A stretch of DNA of 64,000 bases, from the NCBI GenBank assembly GCA_039621445.1, contig CP154954.1, positions 21,836,954 through 21,900,953 of the forward strand, in the 5' to 3' direction. The DNA comes from Euglena gracilis. Taxonomy: Eukaryota. Under the pieces are notes generated by a model. It saw only the letters and a program-made list of their open reading frames with translations, did no database searches and had not been told where the DNA came from. Shown here one piece after another: positions 31,501 to 64,000 of the stretch; the stretch's first letter is position 1; each line of letters starts with the position of its first letter. A program made the translations under genes and the position numbers.

Positions 31501-33781
31501 AAGCAGGTTTTTCACCAAAAAGGCATGATGTGTGAAATCACATGAATAAATCAATCATGACCAGGCTTGTGCTTAGTCGGGTGCCTACCCCACGGGGGGG
31601 GGGGGGGTGCTAGGGGCAGGCACCCCATAGCACGCGATCCGACCCCCCCCCGGGGGGGGGGGGGTAGGGTTTTGGGGGGTGCCTGCCCCTAGTAGGCACC
31701 CCCCTCCGACCCCGGCGCCGGGGGTCCGGAAACGGCCATTTTCAATGAAAATTTCTGTTTCCGGCCCGGACCCCTATCCCCCGGGGGGGGGGGGTGCCTG
31801 CTAGGGGCAGGCACCCTATAGCACCCACCCCCCCCTCCCCCCCCGGTTGGTAAGCACAAGCATGATCATGACCATGCAAGTCTCTTCTTCCCAAAATAAA
31901 TCATGTCAAATCAAGTAAAAAAATTGTTATTGGGGTTTTTTGTCTGACAATTTTTTTTAAGTTGAAGCGCAACAAAGCATGTAAAAGTGTCATTGTAGTT
32001 TTTACCTTCCTCCCCGTCTCACGTGTTGTCTGAACCACACATTTTCTTAATTATCACCATCAAGTACTCGACTGCTGTTTTTTGCCTCCCAATATGTATC
32101 CCAAGACGAAGATCATATATATACTCTGGAATTGATAGTTTTGGAGCAAAGTCATACAGCTACCTCTGTCTTTCTACAGTACCAGAGAAAATTTTCCTCC
32201 GGGAAACCGTTTCAAACAACAAAAAGTTGCGTGAAAAATACAGAATGGAAATTCGTCCTTGACAGGGTAGAATGAAAGGCCATCCCCCCGCAGGGGTTGC
32301 CTGCTTGGGCAGGCACTCCAAGGCACCCAGATCCCCCCAGGGGGGTTGAGGCACATGGCCAAAAGTGCCTGGGCCCTCAGCCAAGGCACTTCTGGCAAAG
32401 GTTTTTATACCTCCCCCTCTAAGTCCAGCGAGTGAGCTTGTCCAACGACCCCCCCCCAGTCAGATGCGGTCTTTTTGGATAGCCTGTTCAATGGCATGTT
32501 TGTGGAAACAGCTCTGCAAAAAAAGCGTGGCAAGAGCAAGATTGTGATTCGGAATCTTTTTCAATGACCGTTGATGGAGATCGCAAGGAATCATTTCGCG
32601 GCGTTGTTCCGAGCTTGGGCGGGGAGGACCTTTTGGATGAGAGATCCTTCCGCTCTTCCAGGGGGCAGCGCTGCACATGAGCTACCTCGATCCCCAAGAA
32701 TTGCACGACCAGGGCTCGGTTTGAGGGGAATGCGGGAGTCAAATGGTTTTGGTGGCTCGAGTGTGTGGGTAGGTGGGTGGCTGGGTGGGTGGGAAAAGAG
32801 GGGGAAAATGGTCATGGGGGGGCAGTGGGGTTCTTCGAGGGTCTTCGGGGGGGTGAGGGATTGGTGCCAAGGGATGAGCAATGCCGTGATAGGAAATTTT
32901 TTTGGGGCATGGGTTGTGGTGCCTCCATTGAAGGCAGTTCAGTAACTTCGTGCAGCTCTTTTATTTGTGTCGCATTTGCAACACGTGTCCATTCACCCTG
33001 GACGCATTTCACGACGTTTGACCTTTCTGTGGCAATGCCTTTGTCAATCCCGTGTGTCGCATGCCCCTCACGTCAAGTGTGGGTACAACCCTTCCCCATC
33101 CCCCCCCCCCACAGCCAACTGGGCCCGGTTGGCTGCCACCAAGCCCTGGGCCCGGCCCCCCGGCCCAGCGCCGGGCGGCCCTCCTCTCCGCCCGGGGCTT
33201 TGACTGCCGGTGCGAGGCGTGCCGGGCGGAGCTGCAGCCGGGGGCCAGCATGGACCAGGCATTTGCTTAAGGGATTGCAGTACCCCCCCGGGGGGGGGGG
33301 CTGGACTGCAGCTAGTCCAAATTTGGCTAGTGGGTTTTCTAGCAGACCCCCCCCGGGGGGGGGGGGTCTGCTAGCAGGGCTAGCTAGTGGAAAAATTTTT
33401 TCCAGTGACCGGCGCGAAGCGCCGAAATTTTTTTTTGGGACCCCCAAAAATGGCCAAAAATGCCCGTTTTTGGCCATTTTTGGGACCCCCAAAAATGGCC
33501 AAAAATGCCCGTTTTTGGCCATTTTTGGGAATTTTTGGAACAAAATCAGCCAAAAACCTGTTAAAAACCTCATTTTTCCTCTGGCGCACAGCGCCGGAGG
33601 AAAAAAAATTTTCCAGTCCGGGGGACCCCCAGCCCCCCCCCCGGGGGGGGGGAGGGGGGGTCTAGCTAGTCCACTTTTTCCAGTGTCTAGCCGATTGGCT
33701 AGCCAGTACCCCCCCCCCCCCCGGGGTCCTTAAGCAAATGCCTGGCACGGGCGGCCGGTTCCGCCTGTGCTGGCGCCGCTG
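25521..33781 (+). CDS. SET-domain protein with post-SET cysteines (SMYD-like lysine methyltransferase)
   Basis: Exons 25521-25635, 26716-26784, 27262-27352, 27897-28027, 28375-28442, ~28639-28652 (junction unresolved), 28701-28765 (MGLGLRVGRDIDAGEVIFHEK), 29127-29264, 30494-30655, 30997-31053 (LFPLASLLNHSCAP), 31147-31251 (N...VCRATRRIPR), 32662-32706 (GAALHMSYLDPQELH), 33154-~33242 (RRAALLSARGFDCRCEAC); the 3' end depends on how the last intron is cut. Confidence 0.85.
31054..31146 (+). other. 93-nt nonconventional intron inside NHSCxPN motif
   Basis: c|accCAGGCCGTagcc...ggcaACGGTCTGccgaccc|a; removal restores NHSCAPN. Confidence 0.8.
31562..31864. mobile_element. hAT-like MITE
   Basis: TIR caggcttgtgctta / taagcacaagcatg; perfect TSD atcatgac. 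Confidence 0.92.
32707..33153 (+). other. Nonconventional intron
   Basis: c|gacCAGGGCTcggt...accaAGCCCTGggccc|g; 10/11 pairs; joins SYLDPQELH to GPPAQRRAALL. Confidence 0.85.
33256..33744. mobile_element. hAT-like MITE at the 3' end of the SET CDS
   Basis: 17-bp TIR caggcatttgcttaagg / ccttaagcaaatgcctg; TSD gcatggac / gcacgggc (6/8). Confidence 0.88.
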
Positions 33782-34034
33782 AGGCCAGCACCACAGCGAC
33801 GCTTTGGGGGGGGGGGGGCACTTTGGTGGAGTTGGTCGGTTGCCAGGGAGGGGAGCCTGGTCAGGACAGAAGTATACAATTCATTATATAAATAATAATA
33901 ATATAATACAATATAATTATATATTATTACAATTATATAATATCATGTAAATATAAGTATGATATGTGGTAATACAATGCAAGGTGGTAATGCAATCCAG
34001 CAGGTACAACGTTGCCGTGCCACCTGCATGCGAG

Positions 34035-34149
34035 CATTTTACAGGAGGTCAAACAGTCATTTAAGGTGTTTGAAGCTCCACATTTAGCAAAAAGATTCAA
34101 TGGATCATTGAGAATTCAAACATCGTCCACCAAATCCACCGTTTGCCAT

Positions 34150-34248
<99 letters not shown>

Positions 34249-34360
34249 TGGCAATGGTGGATTTGGTGGACGATGGTTGAGTTTTCAATGACCCATTGAA
34301 TGTTTTGGTAAATGTGGAGCTTCAAACACTTTAAATGATTTTTTGACCTCCTGTAAAATG
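34035..34360. repeat. ~115-bp inverted repeat enclosing a (CA)n loop
   Basis: cattttacaggaggtcaaa...ccaccaaatccacc mirrored by ggtggatttggtgg...tttgacctcctgtaaaatg. Confidence 0.9.
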
Positions 34361-34363
34361 GCT

Positions 34364-35655
34364 TTAAACAGCTTGAATGGTGCAAATGGCAAATGATTGT
34401 GTCTTTTGATATGGTGGGGATCCCATGCTCTTGGCTTCAGCAACTTCTCCAACAAGAACCTAAAACTGAGGCACCGGAATTGTAAATTACAATTGAATTG
34501 ACAAAGGTTGTGATTTCCCCGCAGTTTCATCTTTTAGCATGTTCAACTTTCACATTCAGAGCAACTGTCCCACAATAGACATAGATTTCTTTTTAGATCC
34601 CACATGTATTTTTTTTTAAATTTCCCTATGATTTTGTCAACACCATTGTATTTTCTCAAAAGGGGTTTTTGCATCCATCATTTTAATTGTCCTTTAAATG
34701 TTTTTGTCCAACATTTTTTCGACAAAATTTTCTCGCAGTGGATTCCCATCGTCCAGAATTCCTCTGTGGATGGGAATGAAGATTGTTGAGCTCCCCGTGG
34801 CTTTCATCCAGTGTTCATGAATTTTGCACGCTTTTTTGGATGTTCATTTCTTGTTGCTGAATAGCTGAAGGTTTGCACACACAATGATGCAGAGTTTGGG
34901 ACAAAAACTACCAAAATCACGATTTTCAAAACCCCCGCCTATAGCTTAAAATGGCCTAAAATGAAGGTGTAAAATAATTTTTAACAGCTTGAAGGGAGCA
35001 AATGGCAAATGATTGTGTCTTTTGGTATGGTGGGGATACCATGCATGTGGCTTCAGCAAACTTCTCCAGCAAGAACCTAAAACTGAGGCACCTAGAACAT
35101 TTGTTTAAATTGAGTCGAAAAAATTGCAATTTGCCCACATCTTCACTTCCATTTTGGCATGTTTGATTTGCACATATGAGCAACTGTCCCGCGATGCATA
35201 TATTTTCAATTTTTGAATTTGAATTCAGTTGATTTGAAAAAATACAAGGTTTGGTATCACAGCCATTGTGTTTCCTCAGAAAGGGTTTGTGCATCCACCA
35301 TTTTGTCCGCCCAGATAACATTTTGTCCAACATTTTTCCAACAAAAATTTTTATGCAGAAAATGCCTACCGTTCGGAATTCCTGGGAATAAATTAAGGTT
35401 TCTTGAGCTTCCTGTGGTTTCGATTCAGTGCCAATGGATTTTACATGCTTTTTTGATGCTCATTTTCTTGTTTCTGAATTAAGTGAAGTTCTGCGCACAC
35501 AATTACACAATTTTTGGGACAAAAATGACCCAAGATTATGATTTTCAGAACCCCCCACCCATAGCTTACAGTGCCCTAAAATTGCCACAAATGGCCTAAA
35601 TGGCCTAAAAATGGCCTAAAATTGTCATATTTTTGAGCTTGACTATAGGTGCTTG
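34364..35655. mobile_element. Degenerate TIR-element remnant with diverged ~600-bp tandem duplication
   Basis: 34364-34960 resembles 34981-35580; ends with aaatggccta repeats and gactataggtgcttg, like the right end of 48288-49477. Confidence 0.65.
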
Positions 35656-35902
35656 GATGTGAGAGCAGCGCCGTGGCATCGTCACCCATTTATTGCACAT
35701 TTCATCTATTTAACGCTCCAAGCCAGCCTGCAAGGGCACCTGCCCATCACTAACCTTTCCTACATCCCCACACAGTCACTCACGGTGGCACTCCACTGCG
35801 CAAGGTTTGAAAATACTCACGTTTGTCCTGGGCAGTTTCGGTGCATCATCAAAATGCCCTCCCACTCAGTAGGATTGGTTCAATATGGGAGTGTCACAGC
35901 TA

Positions 35903-36373
35903 TAAACCCCCCCCCAAATATAAGAAACCTGTTTCTTATATTTGGGTGTCGGCCGATCGGCCCAAAGGGTTTCTTATATATGGGGGTTTCTTATATTTGG
36001 GTGTCGAAGGCAGGCCCCAAGGGTTTCGTATAAACGGAATGTTTTATTCCTTCGGTTCCTTCCTGTGATTAATTAAGACCGTTGATGCTTCTCCCATTTG
36101 TCACCTTTTTGAGTCCACTTGCACCCCAAAAAATTGCTTCTGACCTCTTACTTTGGAAAGAAACAATAGACTGGACTGGATTGTGTTGATCGCGCCTTGA
36201 GATTTGCTGTGGATGAGGGGTTTCTTTTATACGGAATAGCGTCCAACAGCCCAGGGGTTTCTTATATTCGGGGGTTTCTTATATTTGGGTGTCGGCTGAA
36301 AATCGGCCAAAGGGTTTCTTATATTTGGGGGTTTCTTATAGCGAGGGGTTTCTTATATTTGGGGGGGGGTTTA
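35903..36373. mobile_element. TA-flanked TIR element
   Basis: TIR aaaccccc..caaatataagaaacc / ggtttcttatatttggggg..gttt; internal gggtttcttatatttggg repeats. Confidence 0.82.
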
Positions 36374-38619
36374 AATAGGGGGGGGGGGGGGGGCCACCCT
36401 CCCCATCTGGCAGGATTGTATGGGGAAGAAATGGTTTTTTTGTTTCAATGAGGGGGTCTCCGCACTACCACCTGGGCCCTGGGGGGTAGTGCCTCCCCTC
36501 CTCCCCTAGGAGGGAGGAGGGGAGGTGGTCGGACCCCCTGTACAATACCAACGCTCGCTTAACACCCTGGTGGGAGGGTGGGGGGCAGGTGGTCGGACCC
36601 TCCCACCCACCACCCACAGGGTTTCAGGGATTCCTGGCGCTTGGCGCCAGCAGACTTATGTTTTATCATGTGTTTTGGAGGAAAAAAATTGCCTGACAGT
36701 TTCGGGCATTTTTTTGCAGCCCCCCAAAAAAACATTTTCCGGCGCTTCGCGCCAGGTTTTTTTTTCTCCGGAGACCCTCTCCCCTTCCCACGGGAGGTGG
36801 GTCCGGGACCACCCCCCTCCCCCCTCTCATGTCATGCCCTCCCCCCCACCCACCACCCCTTCCTGTATTTCCAGGGGCGGTATTCGGTCCAATTTTTCCT
36901 TCGGCGCCGAAGGAGTTTTCCTTCAGGCGGTGCCGTGGTGGGGGGCGGGAGACCCCCCCCCAGGCTTTCTCGTCCAGCCCTCGCCCCGGGGCCGAAAATC
37001 TCTGGCCCCGGGTCCCTTGCCCCGCCCACTCCCGCTTTTGGCCCACGAGGCACGGCCCCAAAGGCGGCAGGGGACAAGGGTGGGAAAGAGAAAACCCACC
37101 ACACGGTTGCCCACGCAAGGGACCTGCCCCCCCCCCCCGTTTCTGCTTCACCCCAAAAAGGGGTTCTGGAGTTTATTAAAAGGAATAGGGGCCCACAACT
37201 TTCAGGACTGGTCTGGAGGACCGCTCCGGATTAGGCCAAATTCAAGCTTAAAACCTATTACCCTAACCCTAATCTTTTCAACGACCTGAACCCCTTTGCA
37301 GGTTTGGGGGCAGCAGAAACCCCCGGGGGCCTTGTACTCTCCCGTGCCATGATTTTGCCAACCAAATTTTTATCTTCCTTTTGGATAATATGTTATGGTT
37401 TTAATGCTCTTTTGTTTTTTTTCTTCTTGGAGGCAAAGACCTCCGGGCCGAAACAGCGTTTGGGGTGTCTCCCCTCCTCTTGGACCAATGCAGGGGGGCA
37501 ATCTCATCAACCTTCATATCGAACCCTGCCAGCACGGTCATTTTTGGGAGCAGTCCCAAAGATTAATTTCACGGGGCAGATCGCTAGCATAAGGGCAGTT
37601 TGTTCCTTGGACTTCCTCGGACTTGGGATTGAGAGCACTGCCCCAGAGGAGCACCCAGGACCCCCCAGCCCGGGACCCCAGAAATCCAAAATTTTCTTCC
37701 ATCTCTTGGCACCATTTTTTTTGACATTTTTGGTAATTTGGGTTTATGTTGCTGGTGTCCACCCCCCACTCCTGGACCAGAGGGGGGGGGTCCGGACCTG
37801 CCAAGGGCAGGGCAGAACGGGAATCGGCCGAACAGCCAGGGTGATGGGGGGGGGGGGGGTTGACCACCCCCCACCACCCTCTTCCCGTATTTCCAGAAAA
37901 AAAATATTCTTTCGGTGCCAAAGGCGCTGGGTGTTTTTTTGACCTATTTTGGGACCCATATGGGAGGTCACTCCCAAAACCCCCTAAAACCCCATTTTTT
38001 CACACCTTCCAAAGTTTCAACATTTTCTCAGAAATTTTATTTTGAGTGGTCTTTGAAGCAAAAAAATTGCCATTGAAAGTCCAAAAAAAAAACCCAATGA
38101 AAAAAAAATGTCAGTATAATTTGATTGTGCCAAAATTTGGTCGAATTTTTTTGACCTGCCTTTTTCCACCCCCTCCTAAAAGCTACCAATTATTAAACCT
38201 GAAATTTTCGAGTTTTTTTTTTTGTGAAGAAATAGAGGGGTGCCATTTGGCGATTGAGCCAGTGCAAATAGTGGTGTTTTGCTTCCACGGGCACCTTTGC
38301 ATGGTTGAAATAAGGTTGTCCGTTTGATACATCCCCTCCTATTGAACACTCTCCACATAATGTTGCCCCCTTGTGGACCGATTATTATTGGGTGTGTATG
38401 GGGAACCCATCGGTATGCCACCATTGGAGGGGCATTCCAACCGATTATTGTAATTGGTGTGTCGGCATGCATAACCCCATGATGACCTCTGACGTTGGCT
38501 TACACATCCATTTTTGTTTTCACTATTACGTGCGATACCTATACTGGATCCAAAAAAAAATGGAACCCGAATATATCACGTTGGGCAGCCCTCATTTTTG
38601 AGGGCTAATGAATCTGAAA

Positions 38620-38740
38620 CAGGGGTTTTCTTGAGCCGGAGGGGACCCTACCCCTGGGGGGGGGCTCCAGCCAGCCAGCGCCTTTTTCCAGCCGAACCGC
38701 GGGACCCCCCCCCCGCCTGCGGTCCTTAAGAAAACCCTTG
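38620..38740. mobile_element. 121-bp hAT-like MITE
   Basis: TIR caggggttttcttga / ttaagaaaacccttg; perfect TSD atctgaaa. Confidence 0.9.
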
Positions 38741-39236
38741 ATCTGAAAATCTCACAACGGCGAAAGGCATTCATCAGTCAAAGAGGCTACAATTCACCGG
38801 GGGGGGGGGAGCACTGGCAAACGACGCCAACAGAAGAAATACATTTAGCCTTTTGATGAGGCCTTTTGATGAGTGCCTTCTCGTTCTCTGGATTCTAGTT
38901 GTGAAGCTTAAAAGAATGAAGTTTCGTTTTTTTGGGTGCAAACAGGATCCCAATGGGAGCTGACGTTCCAGACAACAACCTCTGAGCTGGACCCCTCTGG
39001 GCAGTTGAAGAATAAGGCATCCCAAAACACATCACAAATTCAATTTTGTTTTCAACCATTGGCCAGAATGCATTGATTTTCCGCCATTTTTTTGACCCAA
39101 GTGGCTGGAGTCATCGACCCCCGGGGTCAGAATGGAATTCAACAAGTGACCTGCTGGTCGTTTTGCAAGTGGAAATTTCCCATGTCCCTGTCCATGGAAA
39201 GGCAGTAGACCAGTTTCAATAGCAGGGGGAATTGTT

Positions 39237-61831
<22,595 letters not shown>

Positions 61832-61949
61832 GTAAGGACACCCAGGTGCACCGCGGTTTGGGGCCGGTTGGCTTTCTTTGCGCCTCGGGATTGGGTCCAG
61901 ACTGACCTGGCTTCTGCTGGTCGGGGACAGGCACAGAGGCAGTTTGTCA

Positions 61950-64000
<2,051 letters not shown>

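Overview
Eukaryotic nuclear DNA, most likely a euglenid (Euglena-like). It has short GC-rich exons in long introns full of microsatellites and small terminal-inverted-repeat (TIR) elements, relaxed GT donors (GTGTG, GTCGG, GTCCT), and several non-GT/AG introns whose ends base-pair with the euglenid geometry (triplet at +4..+6 paired to -8..-6). Nearly all ORFs in the supplied track are spurious. Four + strand multi-exon genes can be spliced by hand: (1) the 3' part of an unknown gene ending at 6372; (2) a 24-exon, ~782-aa Ubl/coiled-coil/UFD1/PPC-like/TRAF-type zinc-finger protein (6379-23865) starting 6 nt after gene 1's stop; (3) a SET/post-SET methyltransferase-like gene (~25521-33780); (4) a signal-peptide + TM protein carrying an array of tandemly duplicated symmetric phase-1 exons (39237 to beyond 61831). 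Main observation: about ten elements with CAG...CTG-type termini and 8-bp target-site duplications (TSDs), which is hAT-like, occur alongside nonconventional introns whose 3+5 nt terminal geometry equals one 8-bp TSD. One such intron retains a perfect 8-bp TSD, suggesting a hAT-MITE intron-generating system. All gene models are manual and untested against transcripts.
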